In this document: in pieces, positions 7,789 to 16,731 of the stretch | How positions within the stretch are numbered: the first letter of the stretch is position 1 | How the letters are laid out: every line of letters starts with the position of its first letter | Source: Fimbriiglobus sp. | GTDB lineage: Bacteria > Planctomycetota > Planctomycetia > Gemmatales > Gemmataceae | Reading direction: 5' to 3' | Length of the DNA: 64,000 bases | Assembly (NCBI GenBank): GCA_022841795.1 | Contig: JALHQU010000016.1 | Location: forward strand, 3,238 to 67,237 | Notes under the pieces: model-generated | Told to the model about the DNA's origin: nothing | What the model saw: only the letters and a program-made list of their open reading frames with translations | Database searches by the model: none | Translations under genes and position numbers: made by a program

Positions 7789-10101
7789 CTACCGCCGCAT
7801 CAGCATCTCGTCCAGGTTCAGCAGCACGTTGCACACGGTCGTCCACGCGGCCAGGTCCGCCGCGTCCGCCCCCTTCGGCAGCGGGCCGATCGGGTCCGTC
7901 GCCAGCGCCTCGGCCCTCTTCGCGTCCTTCGAGTACGTCGCCTTCGACTCGTCGAACAGCGTCACCAGCCGCGACACTTCCTTGTCAGTCGGCGGGCGGC
8001 CGAGGCAGGCGCGGAACGCGAACGCCACCCGCTCCTCGGTCGTCTTGCCCTGCCCCGCCGCCTTCCGCGCCAGTGCCTGGGCCGCCTCCACGTACACCGG
8101 GTCGTTCAGCGTGACCAGCGCTTGCAGTGGGGTGTTGGTGCGAATCCGCCTCAAGGTACAGGCCTCGCGGCTGGGGGCGTCGAACGTCACCATCGACGGG
8201 TACGGGCTGGTCCGCCGCCACTCGGTGTACAGCCCGCGGCGGTGGCGGTCCTCGCCCGCGCTCGGCTGCCAGTCCAGGTTGCCGCCGAACGCCGCGTTCA
8301 GCCCGGCGCTCGGCCGCAGCGGGCGCACCGACGGGCCGTACAGCTTCGCCGACAGCAGCCCGCTGACCGCCAGCGCCTGATCCCGCACCGTCTCGGCAGA
8401 GAGCCGGTACCGCGGCCCGCGGGCGTACAGCCGGTTGTCCGGGTCCCGCTCCTGGAGTTCCGGCGTCACCTTCGACGACTGCCGGTAGGTGGCCGACATC
8501 ACCATCAGTTTCAGGATGTGCTTCACATCCCACTTGTCCATGAACTCGACCGCCAGCCAGTCGAGCAGTTCCGGGTGGCTGGGCGGTTCGCCCTGGGTGC
8601 CGAACTCTTCCGTCGTGCGGACCAAGCCGGTGCCGAAGATCTGTTCCCAGAAGCGGTTCACCGTCACGCGGGCGGTGAGCGGGTTGTCCTTCGACACCAG
8701 CCACTTCGCCATCGCCAGCCGGTTCACCTCGCCCGCCGGCAGCGGGTGGAACGCCTGCGGCGTTCCTTCCGTCACAACCTCGCCGAGATCCTGGAAGTTG
8801 CCGCGGTACTGAAGTTTCGTCACCCGTCGCTTGTCCTTCGGCAGCTCCTTCAGCACCGGCACCGTCGCCTTCGGCCTCAGGTCGGCGACCTTCTTGTTCA
8901 GCCCGTCGGTCAACTTCTTCAGCGCGTCGGCGTCGTCCTTGTCCTTCAGCTTCACCTTCTGCAGCGCCGCCACCGCCTCCTGGTACTCGGCCCGCTTCGC
9001 CTTCTTCTCCGGCGTGTCGTCGAGCGCCAGCACCGGGGTTTCGTCGTTGCGGTCGGCGTCCTCGGTGTGGTTCAGGATGGCGAGGACGCTGAAATACTCC
9101 TTCTGCGTGATCGGGTCGTACTTGTGCGTGTGGCACTGGGCGCACGCCATGCTGGTGCCCATCCACACGGCCAGGGTGGTGTTCACCCGGTCCACCACGG
9201 CGGCGTTGCGGAACTCCTCGTCGCTGGTGCCGCCCTCGCTGTTGGTCATCGTGTTGCGGTGGAAGGCCGTCGCCACCCGCGTCTCGTCGGTGGCGTCCGG
9301 CAACAGGTCGCCGGCGATCTGCTCGATCGTGAACCGATCGAACGGCTTGTTCGCGTTCAGCGCCTTGATGACGTAGTCGCGGTACGGCCAGATGGTGCGG
9401 GGCGGGTCGTCGGCGTACCCGGCGCTGTCCGCGTACCGGGCCAGATCCAGCCACAGCCGCGCCCAGTGTTCGCCGAACGCCGGCTTCGCCAGCATCCGGT
9501 CCACCATCTTCTCGTAGGCGTTCGCCGACGTGTCCTTCACGAACTCGTCCACCTCGGCGGCGGTCGGCGGCAGGCCGGTCAGGTCCAACGCGACGCGGCG
9601 GACGAGGGTGAAGCGGTCGGCTTCGGGGGAAGGTTGGAGGCCGTCTTTGGCGAGGCGAGCGCGGATGAAGGCGCCGATGGGGTTCGCCGAATCACCCCCT
9701 CCCTTGCGGTCGGGGTTCACCGGGAGCGGCGGGCGGGTCGGCTTGACGTAGCTCCAGTGGGTGGCGTACTTGCCGCCCTGCTTCACCCACGCCGTCAGCG
9801 TCTCGACCTCCTTCGCCGTCAGCTTCTTGCCCGACTTCGCCGGGGGCATCAGCATGTCGGCGTCCGCCGACGCCACCCGGGCGATCAACTCGCTGTCGTC
9901 CGGCTTACCCGGCGTGAGCGCCTTCAACGCCCCCTCTTGCGTGTCGAGGCGGAGCTTTCCCTTCCGCTCCTTCTCGTCCGGCCCGTGGCAGGCGAAGCAG
10001 TTGTTTGACAGGATCGGCCGCACGTCCCGGTTGAAGTCCACGTCGGCGCGGGCGGAGGCGGACAGCACGACGACGGCGACGCAGGCGAGGGTTCGACGCA
10101 T
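7789..10101 (-). CDS. PSCyt1 (planctomycete cytochrome c) / DUF1549 / DUF1553 domain protein
   Basis: Signal peptide MRRTLACVAVVVLSASARA. Heme-binding CFACHG in the N-terminal PSCyt block. Classic partner gene located upstream of the DUF1501 gene. Start trimmed from 10176 to 10101. Confidence 0.85.
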   Translation of the reverse strand: MRRTLACVAVVVLSASARADVDFNRDVRPILSNNCFACHGPDEKERKGKLRLDTQEGALKALTPGKPDDSELIARVASADADMLMPPAKSGKKLTAKEVETLTAWVKQGGKYATHWSYVKPTRPPLPVNPDRKGGGDSANPIGAFIRARLAKDGLQPSPEADRFTLVRRVALDLTGLPPTAAEVDEFVKDTSANAYEKMVDRMLAKPAFGEHWARLWLDLARYADSAGYADDPPRTIWPYRDYVIKALNANKPFDRFTIEQIAGDLLPDATDETRVATAFHRNTMTNSEGGTSDEEFRNAAVVDRVNTTLAVWMGTSMACAQCHTHKYDPITQKEYFSVLAILNHTEDADRNDETPVLALDDTPEKKAKRAEYQEAVAALQKVKLKDKDDADALKKLTDGLNKKVADLRPKATVPVLKELPKDKRRVTKLQYRGNFQDLGEVVTEGTPQAFHPLPAGEVNRLAMAKWLVSKDNPLTARVTVNRFWEQIFGTGLVRTTEEFGTQGEPPSHPELLDWLAVEFMDKWDVKHILKLMVMSATYRQSSKVTPELQERDPDNRLYARGPRYRLSAETVRDQALAVSGLLSAKLYGPSVRPLRPSAGLNAAFGGNLDWQPSAGEDRHRRGLYTEWRRTSPYPSMVTFDAPSREACTLRRIRTNTPLQALVTLNDPVYVEAAQALARKAAGQGKTTEERVAFAFRACLGRPPTDKEVSRLVTLFDESKATYSKDAKRAEALATDPIGPLPKGADAADLAAWTTVCNVLLNLDEMLMRR

Positions 10102-10182
10102 GAAATGCGACCGGCACGGGGAGGGATAGCGATCACAGCTATTCTGCCCCGCGCCGGCCGGATGTTCAACAGGCAACCGCGA

Positions 10183-10641
10183 TCACTTGTCCTTCTTCTC
10201 CTCCTTCATCCGCTTCAGGGTGAAGACGGCCACGTTCTTCCCGTCCGGCTTCATCTCCGTCGGCCGTTTGGCGTCCTTCTGCCCGCCCTCGGTCATACAG
10301 ATCTTGAGCGTATCGCCGTCCAACTCGTAGATGCCCAGTTGAACCCGATCCCCCCGCACCAGGTCGATCGTCTTCACCTTGGCCGCCGGGTCTGTCTTGT
10401 ACTCCCCTTCCTTCTTTTCACCCGGCGACCCGGCGACCATCGCCATCTTGCCGTCCTTGTTGAAGATGAATCGCATCGTCTCCAAATCTTCCTTCGACGG
10501 GCCACCCGCCCCGCCGGTGTCGAGCTTTTCGATCTTCCAGGTGCCGAGGATGGCGTCCTTGTCCTTCGCCGGGTCGGCGGCCGGCAAGCATCCGGTCACG
10601 GCGACCGCCACCGCGAAAACGGGCAGTACGAATCGCATCAC
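10183..10641 (-). CDS. TIGR03067-like secreted small protein (Planctomycetes paralog family), type A
   Basis: Signal peptide/lipobox-like MMRFVLPVFAVAVAVTGC. ILGTWKIEKLD motif, IYELDGDTLKIC, KE-rich tail KRMKEEKKDK. Confidence 0.75.
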   Translation of the reverse strand: MMRFVLPVFAVAVAVTGCLPAADPAKDKDAILGTWKIEKLDTGGAGGPSKEDLETMRFIFNKDGKMAMVAGSPGEKKEGEYKTDPAAKVKTIDLVRGDRVQLGIYELDGDTLKICMTEGGQKDAKRPTEMKPDGKNVAVFTLKRMKEEKKDK

Positions 10642-10675
10642 GGGTCTCCGAGAGTGGGGTTGGGAAGCGGGCGGA

Positions 10676-11122
10676 TCACTTGTCCTTGCTTTCCTCCTTC
10701 ACCCGCTTGAACACGAGGCAGTACTGGCCGCCGGGTCCGCCGCCCTTGAACTCGGTCGGCCGCGGCCGCCCCGGCTGGGCGTGGCACACCGTCAGCGTGT
10801 CCCCCTCCAGCTTGTAGATGTACGGCAGGGGTTCCTTCACCGTCTTCCAGGTGACGTCCATGTGCTTCGGGGATTGGGACTCGTCCAGGGTGAACAGGGT
10901 GTCCGGCGGCCTCTCGGGGGTGCCGTTGCCCGAGCTCATTTTCCCGTCCTGGATCACCTTCCACCACATGGCATCGGCTTTCGGCCCTTGCCCGCCGTCG
11001 AGCGTGACGCCCACCCACCGCCCTTCGAGCAATTCGGCGTCCGACTTCTTCTTCAGTGACTTCGGCACCGGCGCGGCGGCAGCCGCCGACGTGACCAGCA
11101 GCAACACGACGGCGGTACGCAC
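10676..11122 (-). CDS. TIGR03067-like secreted small protein, type B (GTG start)
   Basis: Start trimmed to GTG giving (M)RTAVVLLLVTSAAAAAPVPK. Paralog of 11131..11577 (EGRWVGVTLDGGQGPK, YIYKLEGDTLTVC, tail KRVKEESKDK). Confidence 0.65.
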   Translation of the reverse strand: MRTAVVLLLVTSAAAAAPVPKSLKKKSDAELLEGRWVGVTLDGGQGPKADAMWWKVIQDGKMSSGNGTPERPPDTLFTLDESQSPKHMDVTWKTVKEPLPYIYKLEGDTLTVCHAQPGRPRPTEFKGGGPGGQYCLVFKRVKEESKDK

Positions 11123-11130
11123 CGGGCACC

Positions 11131-11577
11131 TCACTTGCTCTCGTCCTTCACCCGCTTCCAGACGAACGTGGTGCCGACCTGCCCGCCGGCGAACGCGGTG
11201 GGCCGCGGCTGGCCGGTGCTGGAGTGGATGGTCTTCAGCGTGTCGCCGTCCAGCTCGTAGATGTACAGGCAGGTGGACCCGCCGGTCGTCACGTCCAGGT
11301 GCCGGGGCGACTGGGTCTGGTCGAGCGTCATGCCCGCCCCGACGTACCCCTTGGATTTGGGTGTGCCGGTGTGCAGCTTCCCCTCCGTCACCCGCCAGTA
11401 GAACCCCTCCCAGCCCGGCGGCGGGGGCTTCGGCCCTTTCCCCTCGTCCACCGTCTCCACCTGCCACAACCCCTCCATCTGCTGGAGGTCGTCCGCCTTC
11501 TTGATCGTCTTCGGCACCGGGGCGGCGACTACCGACGCGGCCAGCAGAGCGACGACCGGGACGGCGAACCGCGGCAT
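11131..11577 (-). CDS. TIGR03067-like secreted small protein, type B
   Basis: MPRFAVPVVALLAASVVAAPVPK signal. EGLWQVETVDEGKGPK, YIYELDGDTLKTI, tail KRVKDESK. Confidence 0.7.
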   Translation of the reverse strand: MPRFAVPVVALLAASVVAAPVPKTIKKADDLQQMEGLWQVETVDEGKGPKPPPPGWEGFYWRVTEGKLHTGTPKSKGYVGAGMTLDQTQSPRHLDVTTGGSTCLYIYELDGDTLKTIHSSTGQPRPTAFAGGQVGTTFVWKRVKDESK

Positions 11578-11646
11578 GGCTTGGCCCTGATGAGCGTGAT
11601 TCGTTCATTTTGCCCGGCGTCCGGCGGGGAAGCAACTCGCAAAATT

Positions 11647-11709
11647 GGAACCGGGCACGCCGTGACCGGGTGGGTTCCGAACCCACCCGGTCACGGCGTG
11701 CCCGGTTCC
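11647..11709. repeat. near-perfect 63-nt palindrome (30-bp arms) inside the paralog array
   Basis: GGAACCGGGCACGCCGTGACCGGGTGGGTT-CCG-AACCCACCCGGTCACGGCGTGCCCGGTTCC. Only the 3-nt centre breaks the symmetry. Confidence 0.85.
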
Positions 11710-11720
11710 AGACACCTCGC

Positions 11721-12176
11721 TCACTTATCCTTCTTCTCCTCCTTCACCCGCTTGAGCGTGACCACCGGCATCCCCTTCTCGTTCGGCTTCATCTCGGTCG
11801 GCCGCTTGGCGTCCTTCCCCTCGGCGATGCAGATCCTGAGGGTGTCGCCGTCCAACTCGTAAATGCCGGGGGAGGTGCGGCCTTCGCGGACCAGGTCGAT
11901 CGCCTTCACCTTGGCCGCCGGGTCCAGCTTGTACTCGCCTTCCATCTTTTCGCCCCCCGGCCCGCCGGCCATCTCCATCTTGCCGTCCTTCTTGAAGATC
12001 AGCCGCATCGTCTCCAAGTCGTCTTTCGACGGGCCGCCCTGCCCGCCGCCGTTGTCGAACTTCTCGATCTTCCAGGTGCCCTGGATGGCGTCCTCGTCCT
12101 TCGCCTTCTCCTTGTTCTGGGCGACGGCGAGCAGGGCGGTGGCGGCCACCGCGAGCACGGGCAGAACGAATCGCAT
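11721..12176 (-). CDS. TIGR03067-like secreted small protein, type A
   Basis: Start trimmed to MRFVLPVLAVAATALLAVA. IQGTWKIEKFD, IYELDGDTLRIC, tail KRVKEEKKDK. Confidence 0.75.
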   Translation of the reverse strand: MRFVLPVLAVAATALLAVAQNKEKAKDEDAIQGTWKIEKFDNGGGQGGPSKDDLETMRLIFKKDGKMEMAGGPGGEKMEGEYKLDPAAKVKAIDLVREGRTSPGIYELDGDTLRICIAEGKDAKRPTEMKPNEKGMPVVTLKRVKEEKKDK

Positions 12177-12240
12177 CGCGAGTCTCCGGGGTGTAAGGTT
12201 GGAAACGGACGGCTCGGTGCCGAACGCTTTCGCGTTCGGC

Positions 12241-12309
12241 GGGCCGCCACAGAGGGCGGCCCCTACGCCGAAAAGCTCTCTTCGTAGGGGCCGCCCTCTG
12301 TGGCGGCCC
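12241..12309. repeat. REP-like element: two inverted copies of GTAGGGGCCGCCCTCTGTGGCGGCCC flanking a short stem-loop
   Basis: GGGCCGCCACAGAGGGCGGCCCCTACG ... CGTAGGGGCCGCCCTCTGTGGCGGCCC. The same 22-26 bp unit recurs at 43195..43216. Confidence 0.8.
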
Positions 12310-12347
12310 GTGGTCCGGCCCCGCCGGACCACTCCCGGACCCATCTC

Positions 12348-12815
12348 TCACTTTTCCTTCTTCTCGTCTTCCTTCACCCGCTTCAGGGTGATGACGGCGA
12401 TGTTCTTCCCGTCCGTCTTCATCTCCGTCGGCCGCACGCCCTTCTGCCCGCCTTCGGACACGCAGATCTTGAGCGTGTCGCCGTCCAGTTCGTAGATGCC
12501 CAGCATCGTGCTGGTCTTCTCGATCATGTCGAGCGACTTCGGCGTGGTGGTGGCGTCGAGTTTGTAGTCGATCTCGTCCTGCATCCCGTCGCCGCGGCTG
12601 GCGGCCACCTTCCCGTCCTTGAACGTCAGCCGCAGCTTGGTAATCTCGCCGGGCGGCGGGCCGCCGGCGGCCCCGCCCAGGTCGAACGTCTCCACCTTCC
12701 AGGTGCCGAGGATGGCGTCCTCGTCTTTGACTTTCGCTTTCTCCTTTGGCACCGGGGCGGCGGTCAGCCCGAGGGCCAAGGCGGGCAGGACGAGGGCGGT
12801 CAGAGCGAATCGCAT
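12348..12815 (-). CDS. TIGR03067-like secreted small protein, type A
   Basis: MRFALTALVLPALALGLTAAPVPK. ILGTWKVETFD, IYELDGDTLKIC, tail KRVKEDEKKEK. Confidence 0.75.
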   Translation of the reverse strand: MRFALTALVLPALALGLTAAPVPKEKAKVKDEDAILGTWKVETFDLGGAAGGPPPGEITKLRLTFKDGKVAASRGDGMQDEIDYKLDATTTPKSLDMIEKTSTMLGIYELDGDTLKICVSEGGQKGVRPTEMKTDGKNIAVITLKRVKEDEKKEK

Positions 12816-12846
12816 CGGGAGTCTCCGGGTTCGGGGTCAGGGCGGG

Positions 12847-13329
12847 TTACTTGTCCTTCTTCTCTTCCTTCTTCTCCTCGTCCTTCACCCGCTTGAACGT
12901 GACCACCGCCATCCGCGGGCCGCCCGGTTTGAACTCCGTCGGTCGGGGGTCCTTTCCCTCGGACATGCACATCTTGAAGGTGTCGCCGTCCAGTTCGTAG
13001 ATGGCGAGGGCCGGCTTCCCGTCCAGGGTCATGTCGAGCGTTTTTGGGCTGGCCTTCGCGTCCATCTTGTACTCGCCGTCCCGGCTCTGCCCGCCGGGGC
13101 CGCCGGTCAGGCTCATCTTGCCGTCCTTCTTGAACACGAACCGCATCGCGTCCAGCGCTTCCTTCGGCGGCGCTCCCTGCGGCCCGCCGGCCTCGAACGA
13201 CTCGATCTTCCAACTGCCCTGGATGGCGTCTTCATCCTTCGCCGCCTTGTCTTTGTCTTTGGGCACGGGGGCAGCGGTCAGGCCGACGGCGGCGGCGAAC
13301 AGCACCGCGGCTGCGAGGGTGAGGCGCAT
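12847..13329 (-). CDS. TIGR03067-like secreted small protein, type A
   Basis: Start trimmed to MRLTLAAAVLFAAAVGLTAAPVPK. IQGSWKIESFE, IYELDGDTFKMC, tail KRVKDEEKKEEKKDK. Confidence 0.75.
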   Translation of the reverse strand: MRLTLAAAVLFAAAVGLTAAPVPKDKDKAAKDEDAIQGSWKIESFEAGGPQGAPPKEALDAMRFVFKKDGKMSLTGGPGGQSRDGEYKMDAKASPKTLDMTLDGKPALAIYELDGDTFKMCMSEGKDPRPTEFKPGGPRMAVVTFKRVKDEEKKEEKKDK

Positions 13330-13427
13330 GGGTTCTTCCGGGGAACGGGGGGGGAATGGGATGCCAACGACAGTATCAGAACTACGCCAGCCGGTGGACC
13401 GCATTTCGCCCGAAATCCGCCGGCCGG

Positions 13428-14534
13428 TCAGTTTCCGACCACCAGCAGCGGTTCGCCCAGCACGTCCCACTTCGGCCGCACCCCGAGGCCGGGGGCGGTG
13501 GACGCCGCCATGCGGCCGTTCTGCCGCTTCGGGGCGCCGTCGGCGTGGCTGACCGTGACGTAGCTGTTGAAGTCGGTGCTGGTGAACCGGAACTCGGGCG
13601 GGGTGCTGTGCGCCAGGTGGGAAATCGCTGCCGTCACGACGTCCCCGCCCCAACTGTCTTCGAGCGTCATGCCGATGCCCAGGTGAGCGCACAGGTCGCG
13701 GGCCTGCTTCGTCTTCGTCAGCCCGCCGAGCTTGCTGATCTTCAGGTTCACCACGTCCATCGCCCGGTCGGACACCGCCCGCAACAGCATGTCCAGCGAG
13801 TCGATGTTCTCGTCCAGCACGAACGGGTGGTCGGTGTTGCGGCGGACGGCCAGGCACTCCTCGTAGGTGCGGCACGGCTGCTCGATGTACACGTCCAGAT
13901 CCCGCACCGCCCGCACCACCCGTTGGGCCTCATGTTGAGTCCACCCGGTGTTGGCGTCGGCCACCAGCCGGTCGCCGGGCTTGAGCACCGCCGCCACCTG
14001 CCGGATGCGGGCGATGTCCGTGTCCGGGTCGCCGCCCACCTTCAGTTGGAACCGCGTGTACCCCTCCGCCCGGTAGCCAGCCACGTTCGCCGCCATCGCG
14101 TCCGGGTCGGCCTGGGAGATGGCCCGGTACAGCACCACGTCGTCGCCGTACCGCCCGCCGAGCAGCACGCACACCGGCAGCCCGGCCACCTGCCCGAGGA
14201 TGTCCCAGCAGGCCATGTCGATGCCGGACTTCACATAGGGGTGGCCTTGCAGGGCCGCGTCCATCCGCCGGTTCAGCTTGAGCAACTGCGTCGGGTCTTC
14301 GCCGATCAGGTGCGGGCCGAGTTCCCGAATCCCCGCCCGCACCCCGGCGGCGTAGGCCGGCAGGTAGAACGGCCCGAGCGGGCACACCTCGCCCACCCCC
14401 TGAACGCCGGCGTCGGTGTCCACCACCACCACCGTACTGTCGAACACCGACACCGCCTTCCCGCCCGACCACTTGTAGCTGCCCTCGACCAGCGGCAGTT
14501 CGACCCGGTGGCAGGCGATGCGGGTGATCTTCAC
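13428..14534 (-). CDS. enolase-superfamily enzyme (mandelate racemase / muconate lactonizing enzyme family)
   Basis: [21 protein letters not shown] and ISKLGG blocks typical of MR/MLE members. GTG start chosen (VKITRIACH) after removing an Arg-rich extension. Confidence 0.7.
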   Translation of the reverse strand: MKITRIACHRVELPLVEGSYKWSGGKAVSVFDSTVVVVDTDAGVQGVGEVCPLGPFYLPAYAAGVRAGIRELGPHLIGEDPTQLLKLNRRMDAALQGHPYVKSGIDMACWDILGQVAGLPVCVLLGGRYGDDVVLYRAISQADPDAMAANVAGYRAEGYTRFQLKVGGDPDTDIARIRQVAAVLKPGDRLVADANTGWTQHEAQRVVRAVRDLDVYIEQPCRTYEECLAVRRNTDHPFVLDENIDSLDMLLRAVSDRAMDVVNLKISKLGGLTKTKQARDLCAHLGIGMTLEDSWGGDVVTAAISHLAHSTPPEFRFTSTDFNSYVTVSHADGAPKRQNGRMAASTAPGLGVRPKWDVLGEPLLVVGN

Positions 14535-14630
14535 GGCGGCTCCGGGTTCGCGGCGGGGGTGTGGAGGAGAGTAGCGAACCCGCCGCGATTCGGCACTTTC
14601 CGGTTGCACCCGGCCGGCGGATAACGGTGA

Positions 14631-15602
14631 ATGGTGCTTGTCCCGCCCGCCGGAGCCTGTCCCGTGATCCTCGCTTCTCTCGCCGTTGTGACCCTGGCCC
14701 TGTCCGCGGACCCGCCGAAGAACCCGTTCGAGTTCGCCGACGGCGACCGGGTGGTGTTCCTCGGCGGCACGCTCATCGAGCGCGAGCAGAAGTACGGGTA
14801 CTGGGAACTCGCGCTCACGCTGCTGAACAAGGACAAGCGGGTGACGTTCCGCAACCTGGGGTGGAGCGGGGACACGGTGTGGTGCGAGAGCCGCGGCAGC
14901 TTCGACGGGCCGAAGAAGGGGTACGAGAACACCGTCGCCCTGGTGAAGGAGCTGAAGCCGACGGTGATCGTCCTGTGCTACGGGCACGTCGAGAGCTTCG
15001 ACGGCGAGGCCGGGGTGAAGAAGTTCACCGAGGGGCTGGAGAAGTTGATCGACGGCGTGAGCGGGACGAAGGCCCGCGTGGTGCTGATGTCCCCGACGCC
15101 GTTCGAGAACGTGAAGCCGATCACGGATGCGGACAAGAAGAACGACAACCTGAAGCTGTACGTTGCGGCGATGCAGGGCGTGGCCGAGAAGCGGAAGCTG
15201 GGGTTCGTAGACGTGTTCGATCGGCTGCGCACCGGACTGGGCGGGTTCACCTGGACCTGGACGGAGAACGGTACGCACCTGGGCGGCGACGGCTATCAAC
15301 AAGTGGAATGGGCTTTGAGCCGTCAAAAGTACATCGCGTATACGGGGCCGCTCGAAGTCGGCTCATCCGGCAACCTGTCTCCTGAAATGCAAGCCCGTAT
15401 GGAACTCGGCGCCGCACTCCGCACTGCCATCGTCGCCAAGAACGAGTTGTTCTTCCACCGCTGGCGACCGCAGAACCAGACGTACCTGTTCGGGTTCCGC
15501 AAGCACGAGCAGGGGAACAACGCCAAGGAGGTGGCCGAGTTCGACCCGCTGGTGGAGAAAGCCGAGGCCGGCATCGCCGAACTACGGAAGAAGCTGAAGT
15601 AG
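14631..15602 (+). CDS. SGNH/GDSL-like hydrolase family protein (secreted)
   Basis: N-terminal hydrophobic signal. GWSGDTV, DGxH-like and other blocks reminiscent of SGNH hydrolases. The family call is tentative. Confidence 0.5.
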   Translation: MVLVPPAGACPVILASLAVVTLALSADPPKNPFEFADGDRVVFLGGTLIEREQKYGYWELALTLLNKDKRVTFRNLGWSGDTVWCESRGSFDGPKKGYENTVALVKELKPTVIVLCYGHVESFDGEAGVKKFTEGLEKLIDGVSGTKARVVLMSPTPFENVKPITDADKKNDNLKLYVAAMQGVAEKRKLGFVDVFDRLRTGLGGFTWTWTENGTHLGGDGYQQVEWALSRQKYIAYTGPLEVGSSGNLSPEMQARMELGAALRTAIVAKNELFFHRWRPQNQTYLFGFRKHEQGNNAKEVAEFDPLVEKAEAGIAELRKKLK

Positions 15603-15746
15603 GCGAACGGCGCGACGCGAGTCCGCCGGTTCCGGGCGAACCCCGACCGCCAGGGAGGGGGTGCGAGCCAGATGTGATTCACACCCGCGGCCCTTGCGGG
15701 CCGGGTTCACCAAACCCACCGGCGGACTCACGTCGCGCCGTTCGCC
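15602..15746. mobile_element. MITE-like element: 145 bp bounded by 29-bp terminal inverted repeats (1 mismatch)
   Basis: GGCGAACGGCGCGACGCGAGTCCGCCGGT ... ACCGGCGGACTCACGTCGCGCCGTTCGCC. Begins at the stop codon of the hydrolase gene, ends 12 bp before the next start, and contains an internal GCCCGCAAGGGCCGCGGG hairpin. Confidence 0.6.
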
Positions 15747-15758
15747 GAGAACCAACCC

Positions 15759-16184
15759 ATGTCCGACGACCACGACGACGCCGAGGCCGCGCGGGAGGCC
15801 GTCGAAGGGCCGTCGCAGAACGCCCGGTCGATGAGCCTGCTCGCTCATGTGCTCGGGTTCCCGCTCGGGTTCATCGGCCCGGCGGTCCTGCTGCTGGCGG
15901 CGGACAAGTCTCCGTTCGCCCGCCGCCACGCGAAGGAGTCGCTGAACTACCAGATCACGCTCGTGTTCGACGCCCTGGTGATCGTCCTGATCGGCGGGCT
16001 GGTCGGAATGGCGGTGTACGTGGCGGGGGCGAAGCAGTTCGCCGCGGCGATCGCCGCCGCCGCCGTGATGACCCTGCTCGGCCTGGTCATGCTGGTGTAC
16101 GAGATCGTGTGCGTCATCAAGGCCGTGACCGCCGCCAACCGCGGGCAGGACTACCGCTACCCGCTCTGCATCCGCCTATTCTGA
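15759..16184 (+). CDS. DUF4870 family membrane protein
   Basis: Two TM segments and C-terminal YRYPLCIRLF (R-Y-P motif). Confidence 0.7.
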   Translation: MSDDHDDAEAAREAVEGPSQNARSMSLLAHVLGFPLGFIGPAVLLLAADKSPFARRHAKESLNYQITLVFDALVIVLIGGLVGMAVYVAGAKQFAAAIAAAAVMTLLGLVMLVYEIVCVIKAVTAANRGQDYRYPLCIRLF

Positions 16185-16191
16185 GGTTGCC

Positions 16192-16710
16192 ATGCCCGCC
16201 GACGACCCGATCGACGACCGCGACCCGCCGGCCCCCCGCGCCCGCCGCCGCGACCCGGACGACCGATACGACGACGAGGACGACGACCGCTGGCGGCCCG
16301 CCCGCCACTACGACGAGGACGGGTACGAGATCAGCTCGAACGACCAGATGTGGGCCATCTTCGCCCACGTCGGCGTGTTCGTGGCCGGGTTCCTCGCCCC
16401 GCTCATCATCTTCTTCGTGCAGGGCGACAAGTCGGAATTCGTGAAGCGGCACGCGCGGGAGTCGCTCAACCACCAGATCGCGATGACGCTGTACATCTTC
16501 CTGTGGATGTTCGTGGCCGCCCTGATCGGGCTTGCCGTCGGCGGGGCCACGCAGTCGGCCGCGGCCGGGTTCATCACCGGGTATGTGCTGTTCCTACTCG
16601 GGGCGGTCGCGCTCGGCATCAAGAACACGGTGGTGATCGTGCTGGCCACCCTCGCCGCGTCCAAGTACCGGCACTACCGCTACCCGATGAGCATCCGCCT
16701 GCTGGGGTGA
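16192..16710 (+). CDS. DUF4870 family membrane protein (tandem paralog with acidic N-terminal extension)
   Basis: FVKRHARESLNHQIAMTLYIF ... YRHYRYPMSIRLLG. Paralogous to the upstream gene. Confidence 0.7.
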   Translation: MPADDPIDDRDPPAPRARRRDPDDRYDDEDDDRWRPARHYDEDGYEISSNDQMWAIFAHVGVFVAGFLAPLIIFFVQGDKSEFVKRHARESLNHQIAMTLYIFLWMFVAALIGLAVGGATQSAAAGFITGYVLFLLGAVALGIKNTVVIVLATLAASKYRHYRYPMSIRLLG

Positions 16711-16731
16711 ACGGCCAACCCGGTGAACCGC

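Noticed and set aside
7747-10008. 753-aa plus-strand ORF antisense to the DUF1553 gene and 7985..9454(-) in another frame
   Set aside because: The DUF1553/PSCyt frame has the CxxCH motif and conserved blocks. The others are compositionally aberrant.
10183-13329. Possible CRISPR-like array, because of repeated palindromes between short genes
   Set aside because: The intergenic palindromes are different sequences at irregular spacing, and the intervening units are homologous protein genes rather than unique spacers. No cas genes are present.
6258-15326. N-terminal extensions of ORF-track entries (6258..7784, 7789..10176, 10676..11686, 11721..12344, 12847..13875, 13428..15326, and also 16350..20234, 19412..21184, 29354..32062)
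   Set aside because: The extended regions are Arg/Gly-rich and precede obvious signal peptides or conserved N-termini. They were trimmed to internal ATG/GTG starts.
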